Shown here one piece after another: positions 9,899 through 20,021 of a stretch of 64,000 bases of DNA (within the stretch, counting starts at the first letter, position 1; each line of letters opens with the position of its first letter). Under the pieces are notes generated by a model. It saw nothing but the letters and a program-made list of their open reading frames with translations. It was not told the origin of the DNA and searched no databases. Source of the DNA: Candidatus Woesearchaeota archaeon (GTDB taxonomy: Archaea > Nanobdellota > Nanobdellia > Woesearchaeales > GW2011-AR9); the NCBI GenBank assembly GCA_018696595.1, contig JABHQW010000003.1, positions 160,001 through 224,000 on the forward strand, written 5' to 3'. The position numbers and the translations under genes are program-made.

Positions 9899-10334
9899 TT
9901 TTGGCTAAATCCTTTCGCAATATTTTAATTTTATCAAAATCTAGTTTGTCAGAAAGTTCTTGACACTTATGAACAAAATGTGAAACTAATTCTGAATCAA
10001 TCTCCTTTACATCTTTAAGATAATATTGAACATCAATTCTTAATTTCTTTAAATTCTTAAGGAAAGAAATTTCTTCATCACTAAAATCAAAAAGGTTCAT
10101 CAGTTCAATAGTACAATCATGAATTTCGCATTTAATTCCTGATTTCATTAAAACAGAATAAAAAGCATTATAACAAGCATAATAAGCAGTAACAATCTTC
10201 CAAGTACCTTTGTTAATTTTCATCGCCATTAAAGAATCATTTGCATCTTTTAAGTAAGCACTAGAAAGATTATCATTGGGTTCTACTAATTCAATCCCTT
10301 TATTCTGTTCCAAGCACCACTTTATCTTGTTCAT
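9891..10334 (-). CDS. HEPN-domain protein
   Basis: AYLKDANDSL...AYYACYNA...IHDC...LRIDVQYY pattern; adjacent to MNT; the ATG overlaps the upstream TGA. Confidence 0.85.
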   Translation of the reverse strand: MNKIKWCLEQNKGIELVEPNDNLSSAYLKDANDSLMAMKINKGTWKIVTAYYACYNAFYSVLMKSGIKCEIHDCTIELMNLFDFSDEEISFLKNLKKLRIDVQYYLKDVKEIDSELVSHFVHKCQELSDKLDFDKIKILRKDLAKND

Positions 10335-13300
10335 GACCAACCTCCCTCGCCTACTTGGCTACAATAATCTTGATTCATTGATGGATAACTGTCAACTAAA
10401 CCTAATATGTTATCAACAACATCAATAGCAAATACTAATACTCCAGCGTATGTACAAAACTCATTCCCTTTATTACTTCCAGGACAAAAAGCAATACTAC
10501 ATCCAAGAGAAACTGCTTTCTTAACTAAACCAATCGGGTTTGTCAACAAATTTTTAATAAAGTCTGTAAAAATATTAATAGTTCCAGACGGGATAAACAT
10601 CGTTATCAACTCTCCCCAATAATATTTACATTCTAATAATTCAGATGTCTTTGCACATCCATCAACAGTAGTAATACCCTGGGGAACATAATTCTCTAAA
10701 CAATTAATTTTAACACACTTAATTTGTCTTAACTTTTCCAAGTTATACAAGATTCCGGGGATACATAATCCAATAACTGAAATCCAAATATTATCATACA
10801 GGGAAACAGTCTTCCTCATTCCCGCAGATTTAATTGCGTTAAAGAAATTAATTACCGATTGTTGATGTGCTCCATACCAGTTATTAGAAATAGCACTAGG
10901 ATTACAACTAAATACTTGAACAACTTTTTGTAATGTTCCAATAATTTTGTGTGGCACCTCACGCTCAATAGCACTAGTTCCCGTACAAAATAATGCTGCC
11001 GCTGGAACAGTATAAGTTGGTAAGTCATATCTCCAATCATCTCCAGTACCAGAAACAGATTCAAGGATCGTAGCTATTTTCAATAATAAATTAATGGAAC
11101 CAGACAAGTATCGTACCCATTGAATAATCTTGTTCAACCATTTTAGTTTATCTGGAATTTTATATCCCACATCATCTTTAATATCAGCAATTAACTTGTC
11201 AATATTTTCATCTTTACTTCCGAGAGCAGTAAAAGCAAACGGAACAGACACTTGCACTTCTTGATATTCAGGGAAACGAACAGCTTCTTTACCAACTTTT
11301 GAATATAACTTAAATTTACAAATATACTCTGCATAAACTTCATCAAAATCGCCTTTTGTTTCTCCTAAATTAAACATAGCCTTACCATCAAAAGGAGCAA
11401 ATTCTAAAATCAGAGTTGTTCCTGCTGGACTTCTTTTACCAGAAGCATAATTCTTTTGATATAATAAATTTCGACTAACTTCTGGATAACCAACAACAGG
11501 AGCGGCAACCGCAGTTGCAGCACCGGCCAAAGCTTGAGCAGCTTCTTCCTCAGTCACAGGAGTAGGAACCTCAGTAGCAGGAGCCGCGGAAGCAGAAACT
11601 TCTGCTTGCTCAGCAGCAACAGCATTATAACCAGTATCTGCAGGCACACAATTTCCAGGAGGTAAATCTACTGCTAAAAGTTTAACATTAGGACTACTAC
11701 TTCTAAATCTAACATTAATAGGGATTCTTGTAAAAGTGTATGGAACAGCATCCAAATCAACGAACCTAACTTTAGGATTAACTGAAGAAACTTCCCAATA
11801 ATCTGGACTTTCTTCCGTACTTAAACCAAGCAAATCAAAATCGAACGTTCCCTGTTTTCCGTCTTTACCATCAAAATCTTTAGCATTATTTACCTTCAAG
11901 TCACTAACCCATTTAGCATCATTACCAGCAGTATCTTGAACTTTAATTTCTAACGATACTTCTCCACCATCGCCACTCTTAATCGGGTCAGTATCAAATT
12001 CACAAACCCATTCATTATCATCATTACGATTACAATCATCTTCAGTAAAAGCCATCCAACCAGCACCAACTTCCCGATTCAGTTCATTAAGAGGATATTT
12101 TGTTTCTGCATCCATAACAACTTCATCTAAATTAACTAACACCACTAAACCAGAAACTTCTGCAGCTCTTAACTTAATTCTTAATACGTCTGCACTACTA
12201 AAATAATTTTTATCTTCATTACCATCAAAACCATAAATATTAAAACTTTTTACGGTTGGTCCAGTATTATCAACTATTAATTCAACAGTTTCAAATTCCC
12301 CATCATTACCAACATTATCTTCAAAAGTTTCTAAATTAATAACAGCAATACCATCAGAAGATAATTTAGCAAAAGTTTCCCAATAACAATCAATTCCTTT
12401 AATAGTTTGATTACAAGCAGTAGGCGGTTCAGTGAAACTTTTTTCTAACGCTCCCAAATTTGCCCTAATTCCACTTGAACTAATTCCCGCACCTTGTTCT
12501 TTAACTTTTAAAACAATACGTTGTTCATCAGTCCGAACATAACTCTGGCCCCCATAAGTTCTTTCACTACCAAAGAAATCAATCTTTGGTGGAGAAATAT
12601 CTTTAGTAAATGTTTTAGTGATAGTTTTTTCAATAGAATTACTATATATATCAGTTGCAACAATCTTTACAGAGATTGAACTTTCAGGATCTACATTAAC
12701 ACCATTCCATCTACATTCCCATAATCCTGGTTCATCAGCATCTTCAGTACAATCTCCTTCATCGCCATCAAGATCAACTTGTGAAGAAGAAGCTTCAACC
12801 TTAACTTCATTAGTTTCAATAACCTTAACAACAATATCTGTCTTACCAATAAATTCACCAATAAATTCTCCAAATTGAGTAAAATTCAAACTATCAGCAA
12901 CAATTTCTGGTTTAACAAAATCTCCCCTGAAACTAATAACCGGACTATAAGTAGCATGTCCTAAAAAATCTTCAGCTTTAAGTTTAATTCTTTTCCATCC
13001 TTCGCCTTCAAAAGGTACATCTAACTTATTACTAAAACCAGAATCTAAAGCGTAATGATATTTATCATATTTTCCTAACTCAAAATCTCCTAATGTTTTT
13101 AACAAATCACCAGTTTCAGAGTCAAGAATTTCTATTCTTTTAATACCAATACTAGGAGCATCAACATTCACTTTATCATTAGCAACAAAATCAAATTCTA
13201 CCCAACCTTCATTTACCTGTTTAGCATTTATCCCAGTAATACTTGGAGCAGAACCGTCAGCACTAATAACTTTTTCATCAGAGTATTTGTTCTCGGTCCC

Positions 13301-13711
13301 CAAACTTGATTCTGTATAAACTACTTGGAAATCGTGTTGTGCTTCTTTAATACCATCTGTCAAAGGACTAATATATTTACAGGTAACTCCTAATGGCCCA
13401 TCACTACAAGATCCAAATGGCGCTTCGTGATTACCAATTTTTACAACAACAGAATTAGGATCAACAGCATTACTTGCACCGGAAACATTTCCTTCAGCAT
13501 TTCCAGTTCCAACACCATTAAGTAAAGCTTCAACTGTCCAAACATCACCATCTGCGTCTAAGAATCCTTCTAGTTCTGCTTCTCCCTCATTCTTAGTAAT
13601 TTGAACATTTACTCCCGCATAAACACTAGCAGAATAAAATGGCATACTAATTACTAAAGCGATAACAAATAATCCAGCTAAACTCCATCCTTTTCCTACT
13701 TTATCTACCAT
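10331..13711 (-). CDS. Large (1126 aa) exported protein with Ig-like beta repeats and a helical Cys-rich C-terminus
   Basis: Signal peptide; repeated DxxxP-ending beta units (DGSAP, DFVKP, DISPP, DNTGP); C-terminal amphipathic helices with many Cys. Confidence 0.8.
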   Translation of the reverse strand: MVDKVGKGWSLAGLFVIALVISMPFYSASVYAGVNVQITKNEGEAELEGFLDADGDVWTVEALLNGVGTGNAEGNVSGASNAVDPNSVVVKIGNHEAPFGSCSDGPLGVTCKYISPLTDGIKEAQHDFQVVYTESSLGTENKYSDEKVISADGSAPSITGINAKQVNEGWVEFDFVANDKVNVDAPSIGIKRIEILDSETGDLLKTLGDFELGKYDKYHYALDSGFSNKLDVPFEGEGWKRIKLKAEDFLGHATYSPVISFRGDFVKPEIVADSLNFTQFGEFIGEFIGKTDIVVKVIETNEVKVEASSSQVDLDGDEGDCTEDADEPGLWECRWNGVNVDPESSISVKIVATDIYSNSIEKTITKTFTKDISPPKIDFFGSERTYGGQSYVRTDEQRIVLKVKEQGAGISSSGIRANLGALEKSFTEPPTACNQTIKGIDCYWETFAKLSSDGIAVINLETFEDNVGNDGEFETVELIVDNTGPTVKSFNIYGFDGNEDKNYFSSADVLRIKLRAAEVSGLVVLVNLDEVVMDAETKYPLNELNREVGAGWMAFTEDDCNRNDDNEWVCEFDTDPIKSGDGGEVSLEIKVQDTAGNDAKWVSDLKVNNAKDFDGKDGKQGTFDFDLLGLSTEESPDYWEVSSVNPKVRFVDLDAVPYTFTRIPINVRFRSSSPNVKLLAVDLPPGNCVPADTGYNAVAAEQAEVSASAAPATEVPTPVTEEEAAQALAGAATAVAAPVVGYPEVSRNLLYQKNYASGKRSPAGTTLILEFAPFDGKAMFNLGETKGDFDEVYAEYICKFKLYSKVGKEAVRFPEYQEVQVSVPFAFTALGSKDENIDKLIADIKDDVGYKIPDKLKWLNKIIQWVRYLSGSINLLLKIATILESVSGTGDDWRYDLPTYTVPAAALFCTGTSAIEREVPHKIIGTLQKVVQVFSCNPSAISNNWYGAHQQSVINFFNAIKSAGMRKTVSLYDNIWISVIGLCIPGILYNLEKLRQIKCVKINCLENYVPQGITTVDGCAKTSELLECKYYWGELITMFIPSGTINIFTDFIKNLLTNPIGLVKKAVSLGCSIAFCPGSNKGNEFCTYAGVLVFAIDVVDNILGLVDSYPSMNQDYCSQVGEGGWS

Positions 13712-13730
13712 CTTTTTTGTTAATTTTAAC

Positions 13731-16109
13731 TTATTTATATACTGGTTCTAATAAACCACGAACCAAAGGATTCTTACCAATTTGATCCATTTCTGAAATG
13801 AGCATCATATCTTCTAACACTAATGCAGGAACATTATTGGCAACTTCTCCCCGTAATCCAAGTTTATGTAAATCATAATTGAAAACGTAAAACTCAATTT
13901 CTTGTGCTGAATAAAGATCTTCAGGAGTGATTTCCATATAAAATGTTTCCACATCTAAATTAACCACCCCAGTTACAAAACTAGTAATGTTCATACCACT
14001 AATGGTTGCACAATTACTGTCTTCACATCTATCATTTTTAGGAATGTTAAACGCATTCTCAGTAATAACTGCAGCAGTAACTTCATAAATACCAGGAACT
14101 AGTTGTATGGTGGTTGTTTGATTACCTTCAACTCTGAATGAAGTTGAATATTCTTCACTAATAACATTAGGGTTTAAGTCTGCTCTCCTAATCAGTGTAT
14201 AAGTAACAGTTTCATTCTCACCCAATTGTTGAGGACTATCACTTAAATAAAATTCATGTTTCCAACTCTTGCTACCGTTTGCATAGACTGTTGCCAACGG
14301 ACCAATCAAATTTGGTTCAAACAAAGCATCGCCAAAATTGTAAAGACAATATTTATCATTTCCATTTTCATGAGTAATACATTTACTGAACTCATACTTC
14401 TTTGCAGAAACTGGTACCTCTACAATCTTATGTAATTCTATTACTTCTTGTGGATAACCAGCAACAGCATATCCAATAATTCCGGGATTCTCAGTATATT
14501 CATAAGTGTCAATAGGATAAAAATTAGTAAGATACTCATCTTTAACAAACTCAACCACTCCACCATAAGCAGGAGGATAATTGGTTTCTAACTCACCAGA
14601 ATCATCAGTAACGCCTATGATACAATTGTCCTGACTAGGAACACTAAAACCAATTTGTACTAATTCTAATGGTTCTTGATTATAACTATCAATAACTACT
14701 GTTTTGATTAATTCTGTATCCAAATGTTGTTCATCACAAAGCATTGAATCCTTTAAAGCAGTAAACTCTTCTTTAATTGCAAAATTCTCGTCTGGAACAG
14801 CATTATTAATTATTGTTCCTTCCAAAGCAAAAGATAAAGAATACCCTTCACCAGCAAAAGCGGTTTGATCAGCAACAGTAACCATAACCGGGAAACTCAC
14901 ATCATACTGAGTATAATATCTTTGAAAAGTAAAACTAAACGGAATAACTCCCAAAGGACTAGTTACACTAGTTTGAGCGGGTTTAATTTTTGTTTCTCCC
15001 TCGTTAATATCCACATAAGGTTCCCAACCAAAATAATCAAAAGAAACTTCGGTCCCTTCAGCATTTTCTAAAGGAATTATCATGTTATCGTAAGTTTTCT
15101 GGTACAATCCAGATAAGTCAGTAACAGGATATTCATATCTGTAAAAATTGTTACTGCTTAAGTGCCTCAGCATAGGAACATGAGTTGTTAATAATGACTT
15201 AAATTTCTCTTTAACATCAACATCTGTCCAATAAGTTAAACTAAATTCCTCAAAAGTTACTGCAGAAGTTGGAGGAATCTTTGAAGAATCAACATGACCA
15301 TAAATCTGGATTAATTCCAAAGCCAAATTTTCTAAAAAGGTATGATTTCTTTGTGCATTAGAAATGTCAGTCGCGACTTGATAATAATGTTTCAATTTTA
15401 AAGGAATCTTAACATAAAACTGGTCAATTTGGTGTTCTGATTCTCCCTTTGTGCCTTTAACCCGCATTTTTAACCAAAAATTAACACTTTCTTCACCAAC
15501 ACTAACAATTACCTCTTTAGTGTCCTTATCTAAGTTTTGAACTTCAAATCCTTGCTCGGAAAAAGTTTCATAATCAATTAAACATTCATTCAAACTCTCT
15601 TTAACATATCTTGCTAATTGTGATTCAATACTCATCTCAGAATCCTCTGCAGCATATAATTCTGGTCGAAGAGAAGAAAAAGTAACCGCATTTGCTTCGT
15701 TAGGATTGTTATTATAATACCAATAAGGCACTTTTAGTGGTTCTAAATCAATTCCATCAGCTTCAGTAGGATTAATTGCAGAATATTCTCCCATTAAATC
15801 GGGATGGATATAACCACCTTGCTCACCCAAAATCAATAAACCTTTCTTACCAATTTGATTTAAACAACTATCTGTAAATGTTTGTAATGGTTTAAACTCC
15901 TGAGGAACTTCAGATAAAACAGGTTCTTCAGCAGCAAGAATATCTTGTTTTGTAAAAGTTTTAGTAAAATACATGATTCCAGCAAAGGCAAACAAAATTA
16001 CAATTCCAATAATAATGAAAATGGTAACTTGAGCTCTTTTGTTCTTAAGAAAACCTTGACAGAATGTTCTAGTACTATCTCTACTAACATCACCACTTTT
16101 AATCGTCAT
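13731..16109 (-). CDS. Large exported protein with class III (type IV pilin-like) signal peptide
   Basis: KNKRA/QVTIFIIIGIVIL: basic residues, small residue, Q, then a hydrophobic stretch. Confidence 0.8.
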   Translation of the reverse strand: MTIKSGDVSRDSTRTFCQGFLKNKRAQVTIFIIIGIVILFAFAGIMYFTKTFTKQDILAAEEPVLSEVPQEFKPLQTFTDSCLNQIGKKGLLILGEQGGYIHPDLMGEYSAINPTEADGIDLEPLKVPYWYYNNNPNEANAVTFSSLRPELYAAEDSEMSIESQLARYVKESLNECLIDYETFSEQGFEVQNLDKDTKEVIVSVGEESVNFWLKMRVKGTKGESEHQIDQFYVKIPLKLKHYYQVATDISNAQRNHTFLENLALELIQIYGHVDSSKIPPTSAVTFEEFSLTYWTDVDVKEKFKSLLTTHVPMLRHLSSNNFYRYEYPVTDLSGLYQKTYDNMIIPLENAEGTEVSFDYFGWEPYVDINEGETKIKPAQTSVTSPLGVIPFSFTFQRYYTQYDVSFPVMVTVADQTAFAGEGYSLSFALEGTIINNAVPDENFAIKEEFTALKDSMLCDEQHLDTELIKTVVIDSYNQEPLELVQIGFSVPSQDNCIIGVTDDSGELETNYPPAYGGVVEFVKDEYLTNFYPIDTYEYTENPGIIGYAVAGYPQEVIELHKIVEVPVSAKKYEFSKCITHENGNDKYCLYNFGDALFEPNLIGPLATVYANGSKSWKHEFYLSDSPQQLGENETVTYTLIRRADLNPNVISEEYSTSFRVEGNQTTTIQLVPGIYEVTAAVITENAFNIPKNDRCEDSNCATISGMNITSFVTGVVNLDVETFYMEITPEDLYSAQEIEFYVFNYDLHKLGLRGEVANNVPALVLEDMMLISEMDQIGKNPLVRGLLEPVYK

Positions 16110-16182
16110 TATTTATATTAGAGAATTATTTAACATTTATAAAAGTTTGTATTTAGTTAAAGGGAAATAAAGGTAAAATATA

Positions 16183-16259
16183 GGGGCACTACGGCACGGC
16201 GCCTTAGATTTTTTCTCATTTAGTTCGAAAAAATGCGCCTCCATTGGCGGTAGTGCCCC
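16183..16259 (-). ncRNA. Candidate structured RNA, element A (downstream of metG)
   Basis: GC-rich 77 nt with perfect 10-bp closing stem GGGGCACTAC/GTAGTGCCCC and inner stems GGCGC/GCGCC and ATTTTTTC/GAAAAAAT; architecture shared with 59357-59436. Confidence 0.55.
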
Positions 16260-16278
16260 CGTAATAGGCAATACCAGT

Positions 16279-18351
16279 TCAATGTACTCTACAACCTTCT
16301 TTAACACCAGAAACAGTAACATCTTCAACTTTAGTGCTTAATTTCTTCTCTTTATAGAAAACATTGCCTTCTTTAACCATCATTTTAACTTTCTTGAAAT
16401 CATCAAATGTAATTTCCTTAGTTTCATTCTCCATTCCAGAAAATTGAACAGAATCACCTAGTTTAGACTTCTCAACATCCAAGATAGCCACATTTTCATG
16501 ATCATCAGCAGCAAAAATCATTCCTTCTGAAAGTTCGCCACGTAATTTAGCAGGTTTCATGTTTGCACAAAAGACAGCTTTCCTACCAACAAGTTCGTCA
16601 ACTTCAAACCATTTCTTCAATCCAGCAACAACTTGTCTCTTTCCAAGCTTTTTACCAAAATCAACTTGCATTAAGTAAAGTGAATCCGCATTAGGGTGAT
16701 CTTTAACTTCTTTTATCTGTCCAACTACCATTTGTAAAGGAAATTTTTCTGCAGTTTCAACAATTTCAACTTTCTCAACCAATTTCTCAACTTTTTTCAG
16801 TTTTCCTTTCCAAGTAAAGCCTAAATCTTTCCATAACACTTTTTTCTCTGATAAAGAAACAAATACTTTATCAGAAAATTCAGGAAGAACCGGACTAACA
16901 AGAATTGCTAAGTTCCTAGCAAGGTTCACACAAAAACCAACCTTGGCTTTGCTTTCAACAGAATCTTTATCTTTCCAAACTTCTGATTTTTGGAAGTAAG
17001 CGTTTCCCAAATCTGCAATTTGTAAAATTTTCTTTACAACAATTTTATAATCTTGTTCAGAATATGACCTTTCAATTTCAGCAAACAATTTCTCAGACTT
17101 TTTAATTAATTCTTTCTCTTCTTTACCGTCAGCAACTTCTTTAACAGCACCATAATTCTTTTCAGCAAAAGTTAATACACGATAACAATAATTCCCTAAG
17201 TTTCCCATGAGAACATTATTAGTTACAGCTTTGAAATCGTTAAGATTCAAATCAATATCAACAATTTTACGATCTAAACTTTGAGCATAGTAAAACCGAA
17301 GTGCTTCTGCAGAATAATCTTTCATAAAGTCTTTCGCGGTAAAGAATGTTCCTCTACTCTTTGACATTTTCTTCCCATTAACATTAACAAAACCGTGCAC
17401 AGTTAGTTTTGGTAAGGGAATACCAACCGCCATTAACATTGCTGGCCAAAATAGGAAGTGAAAATAAGCAATGTCTTTGCCAATAAAATGTTGTACGTTT
17501 CCTTTATACCAATAATCTTTCCAATTCTTTTTCAGATTTTTTGTTGAAGAAATGTATCCAATTGGAGCATCTAACCACACATAAAAATACTTTTTCTCAC
17601 CGGTTTCTTTCTTACTATTTGGAATCTCAAAACCATAATAAGGTTCATCACGAGAAACACACCAATCTTCTAACCCTTTTTTGATCCAGTTGTTTAACCA
17701 ATTTCTCATCTCTGGCTGAATTCCTGATTGTTTATCATTAAACCATTTCTCTAAAGTTTTTGAGAATTTTTTCAATTTGAAAAAGTAATGTTCACTTTCT
17801 TTTTGGATTGGCGTTTTACTGCATAAAGAACATTTGGGATTAATTAAATCAATCCCTTTTAGGATGATACCACAACTCTCACAAATGTCTCCATATTGTT
17901 CTGTGGTTGCGCAATGTGGACAAGTTCCCCTAACGTATCTATCAGGGAGAGACCTCTCACAACTGGAACAATAAATAACATTCATTTTCTTTGTATAAAT
18001 CAGATCCTTCTTTCTCAATTCGCTAAAAAAGTATTCAGCTAATTCTTTATTTTCTTCTGAATCAGTATGATAATAATTGTCAAAACCTATTAAAAAAGAG
18101 GCAAAATCTTTTTGGTGTTCTTTTAGAAACTTTGAAGCAAATTTCTTTGGAGACTCTCCTGCTTTTTTAGCGTTAACTTCAATTGGTGTTCCGTGCATAT
18201 CTGAAGCACAAACATATAATGCATCTTTCCCTAACGATTTTAAGAATCTAGTATAAACGTCTGCTTGAATGTATTCTAAGAGATGACCAATATGAATATT
18301 GCCGTTCGCGTAAGGCAAAGCGGCAGTTACAATTATCTTTTCTTTTGCCAT
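16279..18351 (-). CDS. metG: Methionine--tRNA ligase with C-terminal OB-fold tRNA-binding domain
   Basis: PYANGNIHIGH, KMSKS, Zn-knuckle CxxC pairs, C-terminal Trbp111-like domain (HPNADSL, SEGMI). Confidence 0.97.
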   Translation of the reverse strand: MAKEKIIVTAALPYANGNIHIGHLLEYIQADVYTRFLKSLGKDALYVCASDMHGTPIEVNAKKAGESPKKFASKFLKEHQKDFASFLIGFDNYYHTDSEENKELAEYFFSELRKKDLIYTKKMNVIYCSSCERSLPDRYVRGTCPHCATTEQYGDICESCGIILKGIDLINPKCSLCSKTPIQKESEHYFFKLKKFSKTLEKWFNDKQSGIQPEMRNWLNNWIKKGLEDWCVSRDEPYYGFEIPNSKKETGEKKYFYVWLDAPIGYISSTKNLKKNWKDYWYKGNVQHFIGKDIAYFHFLFWPAMLMAVGIPLPKLTVHGFVNVNGKKMSKSRGTFFTAKDFMKDYSAEALRFYYAQSLDRKIVDIDLNLNDFKAVTNNVLMGNLGNYCYRVLTFAEKNYGAVKEVADGKEEKELIKKSEKLFAEIERSYSEQDYKIVVKKILQIADLGNAYFQKSEVWKDKDSVESKAKVGFCVNLARNLAILVSPVLPEFSDKVFVSLSEKKVLWKDLGFTWKGKLKKVEKLVEKVEIVETAEKFPLQMVVGQIKEVKDHPNADSLYLMQVDFGKKLGKRQVVAGLKKWFEVDELVGRKAVFCANMKPAKLRGELSEGMIFAADDHENVAILDVEKSKLGDSVQFSGMENETKEITFDDFKKVKMMVKEGNVFYKEKKLSTKVEDVTVSGVKEGCRVH

Positions 18352-18479
18352 TTCAATTAACTAAGTAAAAATAGATTTATTTAAAGGTTGCTGTATTTTT
18401 AAGGGGGCAGTAATTCACCACCCCTGAGGCAGTACAAAACAAAACATTTATAAAGGCCCCATTAAACTTAAGTTTTAAA

Positions 18480-18710
18480 ATGAAAAGAATACATCCCCTA
18501 ATGGAACAAAAAAAAACAATTGATACACATTGCCGAGGAGCAGAACAAAGCATCCCCACCTCATTTAGTGCAAGATGCCATTTAACTGAACCAAATTGCC
18601 CTCATGCTTCAGGAAATAATTATTTCCCAGTAGAAGGAAAACTGTATCCTGTATGTAGATCAGGAGTGAATTTGGATAAAGAAAGAAAAGCATATGAAAG
18701 AATTGATTAA
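18480..18710 (+). CDS. Small Cys-containing hypothetical protein
   Basis: 76-aa ORF divergent from metG, with an AT-rich TATA-like element upstream. Confidence 0.5.
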   Translation: MKRIHPLMEQKKTIDTHCRGAEQSIPTSFSARCHLTEPNCPHASGNNYFPVEGKLYPVCRSGVNLDKERKAYERID

Positions 18711-18746
18711 CAAATCTTTTAAATACTAACAATTCTTAGAGCATTA

Positions 18747-20021
18747 ATGTTCGATTTCATAAAAAAAATATTCTCCAGTAAAGAACCAGAGCAAGTAGAA
18801 GTTGCCCTAGAAGAATTAGAATCTTGGTTTAACAAAAAAGTTTCTAAATTAAGTTACAATATTTTTCTCAAAAATTATTTTCAAGAGATTAAGAAACTAA
18901 AAAAAGAATTGAAAGAAAAAACAGAAAAACTAAGCATTGCAGAAATTAACGAGAAAGAACACAAAGGCGTTGATGACCGAGTAAGGAATGTTGTTAAAGG
19001 ACACAGAGACAATTATGTTCGAGAAGCAGAAAGGTTTGGTGAAAATATTAATGTTATTGAAAAAGAAAATTTCTCTACAATTGAAGATTATAAACAAGCC
19101 CTTGAATTTAACAAGAGAATAGACAAAAAGATTGAAGAGTTAGCGAAAAGAACTGCTAAAAGCTATCAAGCATCACAACACTTATTCTTTGAACCAGTAG
19201 AAGCAGTTTTCAAAATAATCGGACAAACTAATTTACTTGTTAAGAAGTTTACAAGAAAGATTTCTGAGAAAGAATTAACTGAATTAGAAGAGATTAAACA
19301 GAAAATAAAATCAATATTCTCAGAGAAAGAAAAAGGAAAAGATTTTGAAAAGAAAAGTAAAGAGAAAGCAGAGTTTCTTGAAGGCAAAAGAAAAGAGTTA
19401 GAAGAAAAAGAAAAAGAACTTAATGCCCTGAAAGAAAGCCCAGAACACGAACAATTATTAAAACAAAAACAAGAAATAGAGAAACTAGAAACAGAAATAA
19501 AAAAGAACGAAAACGAGATATTTACTTTCTTTTCTAAATTAAATAAACCGTTAAGAAAATATGAACGGGTTGCCCTGGATAGTAAACTAATTGCCTTGTA
19601 TTTAGAGAATGCAACTAAATCTTTCTTTAACGACGAAGAATTAAAGATTAAAGAAGTGTTACAAGGACTAAAAAGAAGCATAGATTCTTTAAATTTTGAA
19701 GAAAAACAAAAAAATAACTTTATTGAATTAATTGATAAAAGCGAAACGAGTTTCTTGAATGAATTATTATCTTCTGGCAAAAAATTGAAAGAGGACAAAG
19801 AGATTGTTGTTAAAGAGATTAATCAGAGTGAAGTCTCTAAGAAAATTGAGGAAAAAGAAAAAGAGATTGATAATTCTAAAGAAAGAATCGAAAGAATAGA
19901 GAAAGAATTGGAAGAATTAAAATCAAAATTAGAAAAAATTGATTTAGAAAAAGTAAAACAAGAAGTTAAAGAAAAACTTCAAAACTTATTCTTTGTTGAG
20001 ATTACTTTTTCTTCTTCTTAA
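18747..20021 (+). CDS. Coiled-coil hypothetical protein
   Basis: 424 aa, E/K-rich heptads. Confidence 0.75.
   Translation: MFDFIKKIFSSKEPEQVEVALEELESWFNKKVSKLSYNIFLKNYFQEIKKLKKELKEKTEKLSIAEINEKEHKGVDDRVRNVVKGHRDNYVREAERFGENINVIEKENFSTIEDYKQALEFNKRIDKKIEELAKRTAKSYQASQHLFFEPVEAVFKIIGQTNLLVKKFTRKISEKELTELEEIKQKIKSIFSEKEKGKDFEKKSKEKAEFLEGKRKELEEKEKELNALKESPEHEQLLKQKQEIEKLETEIKKNENEIFTFFSKLNKPLRKYERVALDSKLIALYLENATKSFFNDEELKIKEVLQGLKRSIDSLNFEEKQKNNFIELIDKSETSFLNELLSSGKKLKEDKEIVVKEINQSEVSKKIEEKEKEIDNSKERIERIEKELEELKSKLEKIDLEKVKQEVKEKLQNLFFVEITFSSS

Noticed and set aside
4275-16109. Diversity-generating retroelement or intein in the giant genes
   Set aside because: No reverse transcriptase, no template/variable repeat pair noticed, and no intein splice motifs recognised.
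16183-16259. tRNA or 5S rRNA
   Set aside because: It contains TTCGAAC but has no anticodon arm or cloverleaf geometry; it is too short and lacks the 5S loop C/loop E context.
16137-16328. 63-aa ORF across element A
   Set aside because: It overlaps the metG end in another frame with no coding features; the GC bias is better explained by base-pairing.
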